Source: a virus. From it: a stretch of DNA of 64,000 nucleotides. Under the pieces are notes generated by a model. The model ran no database searches. It had not been told where the DNA came from and saw only the letters and a program-made list of their open reading frames with translations. A program made the translations under genes and the position numbers. The DNA lies in IMG/VR virus record IMGVR_UViG_3300035698_030167, positions 12,458-76,457 of that record. One strand, given 5' to 3'. Positions 1 to 10,347 of the stretch are shown here, piece after piece. The stretch's first letter is position 1; each line of letters begins with the position of its first letter.

Positions 1-4
1 AAAA

Positions 5-1144
5 ATGTTAACATTAACACTTAAGGAGTTTGAAGACCTTAATATATTTTCTCATAAAAATATGGAGGAAATAGCACGTTCACTAGTAAATAAATCTTCA
101 AACGCTAGTTTTGTAAGCATGTATGATGATTCTGTAATCCTTTTCGATCATGAAGAGGGACAATTTTACGCTTCTGATTACAAATTTGATGATAAAAAAT
201 TAATTTTTGAATTTATTAATTTTGAATCAGTTGAACTAGTAAAAGAAACAGGAGAATTTAGAGAAAAACTATATGAATTTTTTGATGATGAAAACGGATC
301 AGCTGTAGACCTATCGGAGTCTTATAAAAATGATGTCGTTTCTCAAGAGAGATATATCAATGAACTAATAAAAGATTCATTAGCCGCTAAAGACTTTACC
401 GAAACTATAGATTATTCTGAACTAGAGGGAATTAATGAAAGTGTTTCAATTTCAAATGAACCATTTTTTAAAAGCTATAAAGAAAGACTAAAAACTCATC
501 CATTGAATGAAATAAAATTTTTCAACTGGAAAGATGATGTTTATGTTTCTCTTGTAGAAACCGAACAAAAGAAATTATTGAAAGGAAACGCAGCGGAAAA
601 AGCTAAAGAACTTTGGAAAAGAGATAGTTTTAAAGAAAGTTTTGTTGAAGCTGCAAATATATTTACAGAAAATGTAGAAGAAGGCGCGGAAAAACTTAAA
701 GAACTTCTTGAAGAATATCCACAAATCTTTTTTCTTGACGCCGCTGATAGAAAAACTATGTTTGGAAAAGCCATCATGAGTTCAGTTGAATTAATAGAAA
801 ACATGGATGATCTTTTAGAAGGATTAAGCTTAATGTTTGAAAAATTTGATTTATCTGAAATGAGACAAGAGTATCTTCAAGATATAAACGAACAAGATGA
901 TGATGAAGAAGAAGTCGAAGAGCCCGAATCAAAAGAAGAAAAAGAAGAAAAAGAAGAGCCCGTTGAGCTATCTCCGGAAGATCTTAAAAAAATAGCAGAT
1001 CAATTAAAAAGCATAGCTGAAAAAATTGAAGACGAACCCTTAAAGAAAAAACTAGATGGCATTATTTCTAAACTCGAAAAAGGAAAAGAAGAAGGAACAA
1101 AACCAGAAGAAGTAAAAGAAGCTGTTGCTCTTCTTTCAATGTAG
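5..1144 (+). CDS. Acidic hypothetical protein upstream of the prohead protease; putative prohead core/head assembly protein
   Basis: 379-aa ORF, very E/D-rich; position is analogous to T4 gp67/gp68. Confidence 0.5.
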   Translation: MLTLTLKEFEDLNIFSHKNMEEIARSLVNKSSNASFVSMYDDSVILFDHEEGQFYASDYKFDDKKLIFEFINFESVELVKETGEFREKLYEFFDDENGSAVDLSESYKNDVVSQERYINELIKDSLAAKDFTETIDYSELEGINESVSISNEPFFKSYKERLKTHPLNEIKFFNWKDDVYVSLVETEQKKLLKGNAAEKAKELWKRDSFKESFVEAANIFTENVEEGAEKLKELLEEYPQIFFLDAADRKTMFGKAIMSSVELIENMDDLLEGLSLMFEKFDLSEMRQEYLQDINEQDDDEEEVEEPESKEEKEEKEEPVELSPEDLKKIADQLKSIAEKIEDEPLKKKLDGIISKLEKGKEEGTKPEEVKEAVALLSM

Positions 1145-1154
1145 GGAGAATTTT

Positions 1155-1823
1155 ATGGAAATTAAAGATTATGTAGTTCAAAAAGAAATAGAGCTAGAGG
1201 AAGGATTCATAGGAAATAAAGAACTAAAAATTTTGGCAAGACAAGGTGATAAATATGCAGCTCGATTACCAAAAAGAGATATGGGAAAAGATGTTGTTGG
1301 ATTGCCTCAATCTGATAGGCAATTTATTTCTTCATTTTATTCCAGTTATGTAAATAACGTAGATCATCTTAATAGTTTGAAACCAAAAATTGATCCTGTG
1401 AAAGATTCTGACACAGCTGGAAGAAAAGCTTTAAAAACTGGATTAACTGCTCTTAACGCAAAACTAAAGAAAAATTTTGAAGATATTCCAAAAGTTGAAG
1501 CAAAACTTAAAGCAGCTGAAAGCAAATCAGAAGTTTCAAAAAGTGTCACTAAAGAAAAATCTCGAATAAAGAAAACGCAAAAAGGCACTATGTTAGATAT
1601 GAAAAAGCAAGGTGAATCCGAAAAAAGAAGCAAACAAGAATCTGATGTTAGAGTTGAAAAAGCTAAGATAAAAGCAGCTGAGAAAAAAGCTAAGAAACAA
1701 GAAGAAATAGCCGCTAAAAAAGCTGCTGATAAAGGTGAAAGAGAAAAAGAAAGACTAGCTAAAAAAGAAAAAAGACAAAAATGGGTAGCGGATGTAAAAT
1801 CAAAGCTTAAAAGAGGTAAATAA
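1155..1823 (+). CDS. Lys-rich basic protein, possible internal head/DNA-condensing protein
   Basis: Start moved to ATG 1155 after GGGAG RBS; C-terminal half K/A/E-rich (KKAKKQEEIAAKKAADK); stop overlaps protease start. Confidence 0.55.
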   Translation: MEIKDYVVQKEIELEEGFIGNKELKILARQGDKYAARLPKRDMGKDVVGLPQSDRQFISSFYSSYVNNVDHLNSLKPKIDPVKDSDTAGRKALKTGLTALNAKLKKNFEDIPKVEAKLKAAESKSEVSKSVTKEKSRIKKTQKGTMLDMKKQGESEKRSKQESDVRVEKAKIKAAEKKAKKQEEIAAKKAADKGEREKERLAKKEKRQKWVADVKSKLKRGK

Positions 1824-2404
1824 TGTATTTAGAAGATTTTAATTTTATAGAGCAATATACATTAGTTGAATCAAGTGAAAACAAACATCTTCTTAGAGGT
1901 ATTTTTGGTAGATCTGATTTTGCCAATAAAAATAAAAGAGTTTACCCTAGGCCAGTAATGGAAGAATGTATAAATAGCCTACAAGAATCAATCTCTCAAA
2001 GAGGACTTGTAGGAGAGTTAGATCATCCACCTAGTCCAAAAATAAACGTTAAGGGAATTTCTCACATAATAACTAAACTAGCACTAGCTCCAGATGGAGC
2101 TTATATTGGTGAAATGGAAGCTCTTGACACTGATCCTGGCAAACACTTAAAAGAACTAATGAATTCTAGATTAAAACTTGGTGTATCTACTAGAGGTCTT
2201 GGAAATATAAAGCCTTATCATGGACCACTTGGAGAAGGATTAGTTGAAGTAATGCCAGGATATAGAATGAAAGCTATTGATATAGTATTTGATCCATCAG
2301 CGGATGCTTATCCAAAAGCAGTTATGGAAGATACTAATGTTATTTTAGGCTCAACAAATGAGTTTAGAAAAGTGTGGACAGAAGTATTTGGAGGATATTT
2401 TTAA
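1823..2404 (+). CDS. Prohead core protein protease (T4 gp21-like)
   Basis: Motifs NKNKRVYP, GELDHP, LGVSTRGLG, IDIVFDPS; upstream of scaffold and capsid genes. Confidence 0.92.
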   Translation: MYLEDFNFIEQYTLVESSENKHLLRGIFGRSDFANKNKRVYPRPVMEECINSLQESISQRGLVGELDHPPSPKINVKGISHIITKLALAPDGAYIGEMEALDTDPGKHLKELMNSRLKLGVSTRGLGNIKPYHGPLGEGLVEVMPGYRMKAIDIVFDPSADAYPKAVMEDTNVILGSTNEFRKVWTEVFGGYF

Positions 2405-2880
2405 TGAAACTTAGTTCAAGAATAAAAAGATCGGCAAGTTTAAATGAAGGTACTTTTGATGCGCCAATAAAATTTGCTAGGGCAGATATAATCGGAGCAG
2501 AAGCTCCAATAAAAGAAAAAGATTGGAGCGAAGCCGCTAAAATTTATGCAAAAAATGCATTAAAAAGGCTTGGAGAGAAAAATCCAGACTTAGATGAAGA
2601 AAAGCTAAAAAAGAGAGTTTTTCTTGGACTTAGCTCTACATTTTTAAAAGGTGGGCATGCTAAGGAAATAAAAGTTGGAGAAATAACACTTACTCCAATG
2701 GATGCTCAAGAATTTAGTGCGGCAGTAAAAAAAGAACTTGGAATAAAAACAAAAGCAAATAAAAAAGATGAAAGAGCAAAAGAAAAAACTGAAAAAGATA
2801 GTAAAGACTTTACCAAAGCGATGAAGCCAGTTGAAGAATCAATTTTTGCGCAATATATTTATAAAAATGCAGGGCTTTAA
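2404..2880 (+). CDS. Hypothetical head-module protein
   Basis: ATG 2404 overlaps protease stop after GGAGG RBS. Confidence 0.6.
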   Translation: MKLSSRIKRSASLNEGTFDAPIKFARADIIGAEAPIKEKDWSEAAKIYAKNALKRLGEKNPDLDEEKLKKRVFLGLSSTFLKGGHAKEIKVGEITLTPMDAQEFSAAVKKELGIKTKANKKDERAKEKTEKDSKDFTKAMKPVEESIFAQYIYKNAGL

Positions 2881-2897
2881 AAACCCTGTTTTTTTTG
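2870..2897 (+). terminator. Intrinsic terminator
   Basis: CAGGG-CTTTAAAAA-CCCTG followed by a T run. Confidence 0.6.
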
Positions 2898-2979
2898 CTA
2901 ATGAAAAGATAAAAGTATATAAAACTCTTGTTAAGAGAAATTTATGAAACAACCCCAAAAAATATAATCGGAGGATATA

Positions 2980-3762
2980 ATGGCTGATAATACAATCCTA
3001 GAAATGGATTTAAGTCCAAATGATGAAGAATTACTTAGAAGTTCTCTATCTGAATGGAAAGAAGAAGTAACTGCTAATCTTTTGGAAGAAGCTGAAGAAA
3101 TCAAAGAACAAAAACTTGAAGAACTAGAAGAAGCTAATATAGAATATCGTGAAAAAATGAAAGAAGAATTTGCGACAAAAATGTTAGAGGCTTTAAAAGA
3201 AATGAGAGAAGAGCTAAGGGCGGAAGTCATATCAGAAATGTATGACAACAATCCAGAACTAACCGTTTTAGAAAAAGTTAAAGAGCTTATAGCTCCTACA
3301 TTGAATGAAGATTATTTAGGTAATATGTATACTGAACAAATTGAAACTCTTGGCGAAAAGGTTAAAGAGCTTGAAGAAGAAAAAAAACTTGAAGAAGGCG
3401 CAAAAAAACTTGCTGAACTAATAGCACCATATTCTGAAAAAACTCAGAATATTCTTTTGTCTTTAATAAATGAAGGCGGACCAGACGAAATAACAGAACA
3501 ATTTTACGCTCTTATTGAAAATCTTGAAGAAGCTGATGATGAAGACGTTGACGACGAAGATGATGAAGATGATGAAGATGATGAAGATGATGAAGAAGAT
3601 GAGGAAGATGAGGAAGACGTTGACGATGACGATGACGAAGATGATGAAGATGTTGATGAAGATGAAGATGTTGATCTTGAAACTTACATCAAAGAAGATG
3701 ATGATGACGAAACATCAAAAAAAGCAAACTCTTTTATCGATCAAATAAGAAGCAGAATATAA
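2980..3762 (+). CDS. Prohead scaffolding protein (T4 gp22-like)
   Basis: Acidic coiled-coil ORF between protease and capsid gene; GGAGG RBS. Confidence 0.75.
   Translation: MADNTILEMDLSPNDEELLRSSLSEWKEEVTANLLEEAEEIKEQKLEELEEANIEYREKMKEEFATKMLEALKEMREELRAEVISEMYDNNPELTVLEKVKELIAPTLNEDYLGNMYTEQIETLGEKVKELEEEKKLEEGAKKLAELIAPYSEKTQNILLSLINEGGPDEITEQFYALIENLEEADDEDVDDEDDEDDEDDEDDEEDEEDEEDVDDDDDEDDEDVDEDEDVDLETYIKEDDDDETSKKANSFIDQIRSRI
3530..3710 (+). repeat. Low-complexity GAT/GAA tract encoding poly-Asp/Glu in the scaffold
   Basis: Tandem GATGAAGAT units. Confidence 0.85.
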
Positions 3763-3838
3763 AACAATACAGTTTTTTACATTTTTCTCCATAGTGTAAA
3801 GATATTTATGATGAAAAATATAATTACGGAGGATATAA

Positions 3839-5368
3839 ATGTATTTATCTAAAGAAGATCAAATAGCCGAAGAAAAACGCCTTCTTGAAAGATGGGCGTG
3901 GCTAACTGATGGCATTGAAGAACAAGACACAGTTTTAAACACCTCTTTACTTCTTGAAAACTCTTATGATAGAATGATCCAGGAAGATCAAGTATCAGAG
4001 GGCTTTCTTGAGACCATGCTTAATGAAGAAGAGCTAAACGAAGCTCCTGTACAATCAAGCGCGGTTGGAAGTAACTTAATTCCAAGAGTTATGTTTCCTA
4101 TGATTAGACGTGTTTTCCCGACACTTATAGCAAATAAGCTTGTATCTATTCAACCACTATCAGCCCCTACTGGTGTAATTTACTACATCAAATATACTTA
4201 CACTAACACTAAAGGAAGCATTACCGCAGCTGATGAATATTCAGCTTTAGCACAAGTGGATGATCCAGCTTATGCTACTCACTATACAAGTGAAAAAATT
4301 GGACCTTTTGAACAAACAATGGGAGATACTGATACCACAGTTGATTGTGGAGCAAAAATCAGCACTCTTTTAGGCGATTCTGCAGCTCCAACTCTTAAAA
4401 GAATTGAAGTTTACAACGCAGTTGCTGGAACAGCTTTTAGCACAACAATGATGACATCTGGAAGCGGTGCTCCAAGTTGGACCACTTCTACTAACACTTA
4501 TTATGATTGGCTAGCTGGCGATATTTATCTAAGAGATCCTGGCGATTCAGATTCAAGTTTAAACTTATATTCTACTTGGTCATCTGGCGACAAGTTAATA
4601 GTATTCTTGGTTTATAATCAAGAAGGCTCAAGTGACATTCCTGAAATGGAATTTAGTATTCAATCTGATACTGTTAGCACTGGCGAAAGAAAACTAAAAG
4701 TTAGATGGACAAAAGAGTCTGAGCAAGACATGAAAGCTTACCATAAAATCGATGTGGAAAGCGAACTAGTAAAAATGGCGTCTATGGAAATGAACTATGA
4801 AGTAGACCGTGAAATTATCACCTTTATTAGCGACAGAGTTATTACAGCTCTATCATTTATCCATGACTGGACAGCTGATGCACCTAATACTGGGAATAAC
4901 ACTAGCGGAAACTTTTTAGACAGACATCGTTCACTAGCTCAAAGAATTCATATTGTAGCAGCTAAAATTGCTCAATACAACAGACAAGGCGCGGCTTCCT
5001 GGGCAGTAGTTTCACCGGCCGTTGCTGCGATTTTACAAATGCTACCAGATTTTAAAGGCGAGATTTCTGCCAATAACTTCAATGTTACTGAAGCTGGAAA
5101 ACTTGGCGGAAATATGAGCGTATTTACCGATCCTAACAGAACAGGAACACTAGCTGACGAAATTCTTCTAGGCTATAAGAGCAATGTTACCGCTTATGGT
5201 TCAGGAGTTGTTTATGCTCCTTATACCAACTGGATGAGTAATGTTGTAACCGACCCTGACAACTTCAACTCTATTCGTGGATTTTTTACACGTTATGCAC
5301 TAAAAATGGTGCCTCGTGGACAATACTTCTACGGAAAACTAAGTGTTCTAAACTTTGTGAATGCTTAA
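3839..5368 (+). CDS. Major capsid protein (T4 gp23-like)
   Basis: MIRRVFPTLIANKLVSIQPLSAPTG, RKLKVRWT.E..QD, E...EVDREII, YAPY, GFFTRYAL motifs. Confidence 0.95.
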   Translation: MYLSKEDQIAEEKRLLERWAWLTDGIEEQDTVLNTSLLLENSYDRMIQEDQVSEGFLETMLNEEELNEAPVQSSAVGSNLIPRVMFPMIRRVFPTLIANKLVSIQPLSAPTGVIYYIKYTYTNTKGSITAADEYSALAQVDDPAYATHYTSEKIGPFEQTMGDTDTTVDCGAKISTLLGDSAAPTLKRIEVYNAVAGTAFSTTMMTSGSGAPSWTTSTNTYYDWLAGDIYLRDPGDSDSSLNLYSTWSSGDKLIVFLVYNQEGSSDIPEMEFSIQSDTVSTGERKLKVRWTKESEQDMKAYHKIDVESELVKMASMEMNYEVDREIITFISDRVITALSFIHDWTADAPNTGNNTSGNFLDRHRSLAQRIHIVAAKIAQYNRQGAASWAVVSPAVAAILQMLPDFKGEISANNFNVTEAGKLGGNMSVFTDPNRTGTLADEILLGYKSNVTAYGSGVVYAPYTNWMSNVVTDPDNFNSIRGFFTRYALKMVPRGQYFYGKLSVLNFVNA

Positions 5369-5384
5369 AATAAACAAATAAAAT

Positions 5385-5410
5385 AAGCCCTCTTTTGAGG
5401 GCTTTTTTTT
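5385..5410. terminator. Bidirectional intrinsic terminator between convergent + and - blocks
   Basis: AAGCCCTC-TTTT-GAGGGCTT with a T run downstream and A-rich flank upstream. Confidence 0.85.
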
Positions 5411-5572
5411 ATGTTTTTATATAGCCAATCATTACAGGTAAAATATTTTGGTAATTCAATCTGTTGCCATCCAACAGCTTCGCCAAGCCAATTGACACAC
5501 GTATCACCTTGTTTATTATAGCAAGTTGAGCATGTTTTGTTTTGAGAAATGTTTTTAGCAAATTTGAATAAA

Positions 5573-5797
5573 CTAACAAGATTTTTTATTTTTTTTAAGC
5601 CATTCATATCTAAAAGATTTGGCATTTTTTACAATCCATTCATCATAGATAATATTTTTATCTCTTTTATCTCCAATATTTCTTTTTTGTCGAAGATAGA
5701 TTTTCATTTCAGATATTTCGTCAAACAAATATTTTTTTATTTGCTTCGTTGTTAGGGTTTTCATACCTTTAACTTGGCAAATATTTGAATAGAGCAA
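5573..5797 (-). CDS. Hypothetical protein
   Basis: ORF in tightly packed - strand operon; start uncertain. Confidence 0.45.
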   Translation of the reverse strand: MLYSNICQVKGMKTLTTKQIKKYLFDEISEMKIYLRQKRNIGDKRDKNIIYDEWIVKNAKSFRYEWLKKNKKSC

Positions 5798-5814
5798 TCA
5801 ATACTTCTATTTTT

Positions 5815-6105
5815 TCAAAAGATTGTTTTCGAGATAAGTGAGAAGCTTTTGATCTTTGTTTGCGATAATCTAGCTTTGTCAACAATTTTGTCTTCTGTAA
5901 TGACGATTTCTTTTTCATTTTTCTTATACCATAATTTTATAGCATTTGCCATAACAACAGTTGCCTTTAATTTATGTGATGAAGAAATCTTTTTCATTAA
6001 GTCAGTAAAATTAGCATTTATAGAATGCTCTATAAATTTGTCATAAATAACAACTCTGCCATCATAACAAGAACCTTCAACTTTATCTTTATACTTTACT
6101 TTCAT
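5815..6105 (-). CDS. Hypothetical protein
   Basis: 96-aa ORF overlapping neighbour. Confidence 0.6.
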   Translation of the reverse strand: MKVKYKDKVEGSCYDGRVVIYDKFIEHSINANFTDLMKKISSSHKLKATVVMANAIKLWYKKNEKEIVITEDKIVDKARLSQTKIKSFSLISKTIF

Positions 6106-6463
6106 TTTCCTCTCTATATTTTTTTATTACATCAACAGAAATATTAATAATATTTTCATAGTTTCCATCTATAACTTTAAAAATTTCGTATTCTCTTTCA
6201 GCACTTTCATTAAATTGTTCTATATTGTCAAGTGTTATAGTTCCATTTAGTTTTCTAGCTTGCTTGAAAAATACTGTTTTCCAAACGTCATTTCTCGAAT
6301 CTTTTTTATCATCCTTTATTAGTAAGAAAGCAATATTATATTTTTCTGGAACATAACCTATTTCAAAATCAAATGTATTTTTAATTTTAGCTTCTAGCAA
6401 TTTATCTGGAACTTCCATAATATCTTCACTATTAGCTTTTGTGAATACAAGTTTTCTTCTCAT
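6089..6463 (-). CDS. Hypothetical protein
   Basis: 124-aa ORF with GGAG RBS. Confidence 0.6.
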   Translation of the reverse strand: MRRKLVFTKANSEDIMEVPDKLLEAKIKNTFDFEIGYVPEKYNIAFLLIKDDKKDSRNDVWKTVFFKQARKLNGTITLDNIEQFNESAEREYEIFKVIDGNYENIINISVDVIKKYREENESKV

Positions 6464-6561
6464 TTTTTTCTCCCTTTATTTTGGCTCCAAATACAATAAA
6501 TATGAAAAATAACATAAAGTAATAATATTATTAATAACCATTTAATCATTTTTTTATTCTC

Positions 6562-8121
6562 TTAATTTTGATATAAAATATAGTTTTCTTTTGGATAAAT
6601 CATATTTGTATTTCTTGTAAAATATAAAACATTTTTTTTATTTGTTTTATACGATAATAAACTTCTTTCAGAAAGATTGCTAAAAAAATAACCATCAGTT
6701 AAAAATATAAGTAATGGCAATTTTTTTTTGTTGTCAATAATAAATTTAACTCCATTTTCATTTATAACATACCATCCATTTTGTTTTTTGTAAATCTTTT
6801 GAAGGTATCTAAATACACATTTAGGATCAGTTCCACCTCCGCCGCGAAGTTTATATTTTTTCCAATCATCTTTTTGATATATTTTTAACCCTTCTTTTAT
6901 TTGGGTGTCCCATTGTATTGTAAGTATTTTTCCTTTTTTAGTATAAGAAAATTCTTTAGCCACAGATTCAACTTCTGTAAAAAACTTTTCCATTTCATAT
7001 TTATCATAAAAACAAGAACCACTTGTATCAACTGCAAAAATTATATATATTTGTTTTTTTATTAACTTTTCAATATGATGTTTACATAAAATGCCATATC
7101 TACTTTTTGGGTTCCACATATAATTAATAATGCTTTTCTTTTTTCCCATTTCGCCGCAATTATCAGAATGAAACATATTTAGCTTTCTTCTTAGTTCCTT
7201 CTTCCAATTTATTTTTGATTTTAAAATATTCTCTATTTTTGATAAAAAACTTTCACTTGAATTGCCGGCCATTCTAGAAAATTTGGAATGCTTTTCAATT
7301 TCTTGAGCTTGTTTTACTATTTTTTTAGTAAAAACTTCTGCATCTTCTTTATCTTCTTCTGACATATTAAAATGTTCATCCATTTGTCCTAAGCTTTCTA
7401 CATCAAAATCACAAGGAACACCATCTCCACTATTAGAGCTAAAAACAACTGGTATTAGTTCATCTTCGGTATATTTTCCCACATTGCCTTTATTTTTATT
7501 ACCATTATTTATTTCATCAATCATTTCCTCTTTTGACATTTCATTTACTTTATATTTATCATTCACAATACTTTCTATACGTCCATACTTATCAGTTCCT
7601 TTTACATGAACATATGAGCCAACTTGTAGTAAATCTTTTTTAGTTATTTTTTGTTTCATTAACCAATGATAAATACGTTCTGTAACATAAGCATCTTTTC
7701 CAATATTCCTATGTTCTTGTTTAAATTTTTCTGGAATGAGCGCTGCGGCAATCGGGCATTTTGGATGCAATCCATAACTAAAATTAGTAGATTTAATTTC
7801 TTCATTAATAATCATATCTTCAGCTATATTAGCTAATAAATGATTTTTAAAATTACCGTGCCTTTGTAAATGTTTTTTAAATATATGATAAGCTTCATGA
7901 AGAACAAGAAAGTAAAGTCCTTCAGCTGTCATATCAGAAAGCATTTCACTATTATAGTAAAACGAAACTCTTCTATCACTATAAGAAACACCAGCTGCAG
8001 AACCATAAGGAAGATTATTGTCTTTAATAAAATCAGAGTTAATTATAAATAAATATATTAATGGCTCTTTATCCATCAAATATATAGCTAATTTACTAAT
8101 GTTTTCTGGTCTTTGTTGCAT
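6562..8121 (-). CDS. Metallopeptidase-like (HExxH) plus vWA-like domain protein (DUF2201-type)
   Basis: LHEAYH, NIAEDMIIN, D.H, AVDTSGS MIDAS, DTQI, GGGGTD, FLTDGY. Confidence 0.85.
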   Translation of the reverse strand: MQQRPENISKLAIYLMDKEPLIYLFIINSDFIKDNNLPYGSAAGVSYSDRRVSFYYNSEMLSDMTAEGLYFLVLHEAYHIFKKHLQRHGNFKNHLLANIAEDMIINEEIKSTNFSYGLHPKCPIAAALIPEKFKQEHRNIGKDAYVTERIYHWLMKQKITKKDLLQVGSYVHVKGTDKYGRIESIVNDKYKVNEMSKEEMIDEINNGNKNKGNVGKYTEDELIPVVFSSNSGDGVPCDFDVESLGQMDEHFNMSEEDKEDAEVFTKKIVKQAQEIEKHSKFSRMAGNSSESFLSKIENILKSKINWKKELRRKLNMFHSDNCGEMGKKKSIINYMWNPKSRYGILCKHHIEKLIKKQIYIIFAVDTSGSCFYDKYEMEKFFTEVESVAKEFSYTKKGKILTIQWDTQIKEGLKIYQKDDWKKYKLRGGGGTDPKCVFRYLQKIYKKQNGWYVINENGVKFIIDNKKKLPLLIFLTDGYFFSNLSERSLLSYKTNKKNVLYFTRNTNMIYPKENYILYQN

Positions 8122-8124
8122 TGA

Positions 8125-8325
8125 TTATTTTTTTTCCTGAAATTTTAATTCTAGAAGTTTTTGCATTTGACCTTTAAACTTTATTGAGGAACAAGCAATA
8201 GCAATAATATTTTCTTCCATAACTTTTATTCTTGGAATGTTTTTTATCTTTATTTGTCCAGCAAATCTAGTAGTAATGTGTTCTCTATTAAATAACATTA
8301 CAAGAAATTTTACTTTACTTTCCAT
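8125..8325 (-). CDS. Hypothetical protein
   Basis: 66-aa ORF between ATPase and vWA genes. Confidence 0.5.
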   Translation of the reverse strand: MESKVKFLVMLFNREHITTRFAGQIKIKNIPRIKVMEENIIAIACSSIKFKGQMQKLLELKFQEKK

Positions 8326-9757
8326 TTTTCAATTCAATTTCACTAGTATAAAAATAACCGGAATAAGCATTTTTATATCTTTCGGAAATATCATAAAGAA
8401 CCTCATGTAATTGCTTACAAATTTCGTTTTTAGAAGTATCAAGTATTTGAATAAAAGCAACTAAATCTTCAGCTGGAATATCCGTATCTTGAATAAAAGT
8501 AGAAATGTTTATAGCAGACAAATTCATATCAGCTATTTCATCTAATACTTCAACATAGTATCCAATACCCAATAATAAATAAAGTATAACCCCTTTTCTT
8601 TTTTTTATTTCGTTTACTTTATTTCTAAATAATTTGTAGTTTAAAAGAATGTTCTCCGGAAGTATTCTATTTTCAGCAAAATAAATATAACGAGAAATAA
8701 TTTCACGAACAATTTTTTTCCCATCAAGCCCAAACTCAGGAGTTTGACTAGAAAGAAGTTGTATTTGTCGGCTTGGTTTATTCAAAAAAGTATCAAAATC
8801 TTCATATCTTTTTTGTTCTTCTTTTGATAGTTTACTCCATTCTTCTAGTCCGTCAAGTATCATATTGTCTGAAACTAAAGTCCAGCTTCTTGGAGACATT
8901 GTTCTTTCACTTCCTCCTTCATCTGGGCGAACAGAAACAGGAATAAGAAATGGATTTTTGTTTCCTTCTTCTAACATTTTATCCATTATAAAATACATTA
9001 TAATCGGCATTATTCTTGAAGAAAGATTTATTGCAGTCCCATTGAATTGAAAATTATATGGAAGCGAAGCATAACAACGAAGCCAACTTTCAGCATTATA
9101 ATCAAGAAAAAGAGTTCTATGAAATCTTTCAGAAGTTGCTGTATCCATTTGGTTTACAAGATTTAGATTTTCTACATTTTCTTGAACTTTGAAGTTCCCA
9201 GAACCAACAATAATAGTTTTTTTAGGAAGATGGTATTTTTCAGATTTGCCAGTTTTTTTATTATAGTCAGCTGCTCCACCTATTTCTCCAGTAAGAACTA
9301 AATTCATTACAGCTGCCATTTTATCACTTTCAGCTTTATTGAATTCATCTAAGTGAAGAAGCCAAACTTTTTTACTATCTGGATCTGGAAGCACGGTAGG
9401 ATGTGCTAATCTTACAACTTTTCTTCCTTCCCTATCTTCTAGATAAGGAAATCCCTCAAATTCTTCAATTGGAACTTTTTGTATTTCAAGCTTATGATAA
9501 ATACAACCATATTTTTCTGCCATTTGTTCTACAATTTGACTTTTGGCATTCCCAGTAGGTCCATAAATAAAAACAGAATGATAATTCTCAAACTTCCATT
9601 CTTTTTCTGTCAATCTTACAAGACGAGCTATTTCTTTTTGAAGTTCTTCATAATTTACCTCTGATGGAGCAATTTTATATTTCTCCTCTTTGCTGAGTCC
9701 AAACTTATCAAAGCCGGCATTTACCCTGTTTTGAATTTTGTAAAGATTTCTGTCCAA
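8315..9757 (-). CDS. MoxR-type AAA+ ATPase
   Basis: Walker A GPTGNAKS, Walker B LHLDEFNK, GSGN, SERF, SPRSW; next to vWA partner. Confidence 0.85.
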   Translation of the reverse strand: MDRNLYKIQNRVNAGFDKFGLSKEEKYKIAPSEVNYEELQKEIARLVRLTEKEWKFENYHSVFIYGPTGNAKSQIVEQMAEKYGCIYHKLEIQKVPIEEFEGFPYLEDREGRKVVRLAHPTVLPDPDSKKVWLLHLDEFNKAESDKMAAVMNLVLTGEIGGAADYNKKTGKSEKYHLPKKTIIVGSGNFKVQENVENLNLVNQMDTATSERFHRTLFLDYNAESWLRCYASLPYNFQFNGTAINLSSRIMPIIMYFIMDKMLEEGNKNPFLIPVSVRPDEGGSERTMSPRSWTLVSDNMILDGLEEWSKLSKEEQKRYEDFDTFLNKPSRQIQLLSSQTPEFGLDGKKIVREIISRYIYFAENRILPENILLNYKLFRNKVNEIKKRKGVILYLLLGIGYYVEVLDEIADMNLSAINISTFIQDTDIPAEDLVAFIQILDTSKNEICKQLHEVLYDISERYKNAYSGYFYTSEIELKNGK

Positions 9758-9819
9758 TTTTCCCTCTTTTTATTTTATTATACTATTAATTTTGTTTTTT
9801 GTCAAGAAATTTTTCTATT

Positions 9820-10347
9820 TCATTCATCATCACAAACAGTTTTTTCTAGTTCATCCATTATTTTATTAGGAATTTTGTCTAGTGAAAATTTTACAAATAG
9901 CGATACTCCCCAATAGCCTTGACTATCCGCATTTTCTGGCTGATACCTATTATTGGATTTGACTTTACTAAATCCTCTATAAACTTCAAGCTTGCTTGTA
10001 TCAAGATTTATAATATAAGCCCATTCGCAAAATAAACTATCTTTCATAAAAGGAGAAGCATCTATCATATTTGTAATTTTATTTTTATAAGCAGATAAAT
10101 CGCCTTGATAATTTTTTAGAGATTCGTAAATTTTTTTATTATCATCAACCAAAATTATTTTATCAAAAATTTCATTCATTTCTTCAACAGTAGTTGACTT
10201 TATAAAATTGACTATTTTATTACCAAGCTCGGATGGATAACTATCCCAATGATTGTAAGCGATTTTATTCACTCCATTTTTATAAAAACCAATTGCTCCA
10301 TTTGTTGACATTTTTTTTATCTCTTTCATCATGTTTTTTAGTGTCAT
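9820..10347 (-). CDS. Hypothetical protein
   Basis: ORF with YNHWDSYP and EWAYIINLD; likely start 10311. Confidence 0.6.
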   Translation of the reverse strand: MTLKNMMKEIKKMSTNGAIGFYKNGVNKIAYNHWDSYPSELGNKIVNFIKSTTVEEMNEIFDKIILVDDNKKIYESLKNYQGDLSAYKNKITNMIDASPFMKDSLFCEWAYIINLDTSKLEVYRGFSKVKSNNRYQPENADSQGYWGVSLFVKFSLDKIPNKIMDELEKTVCDDE

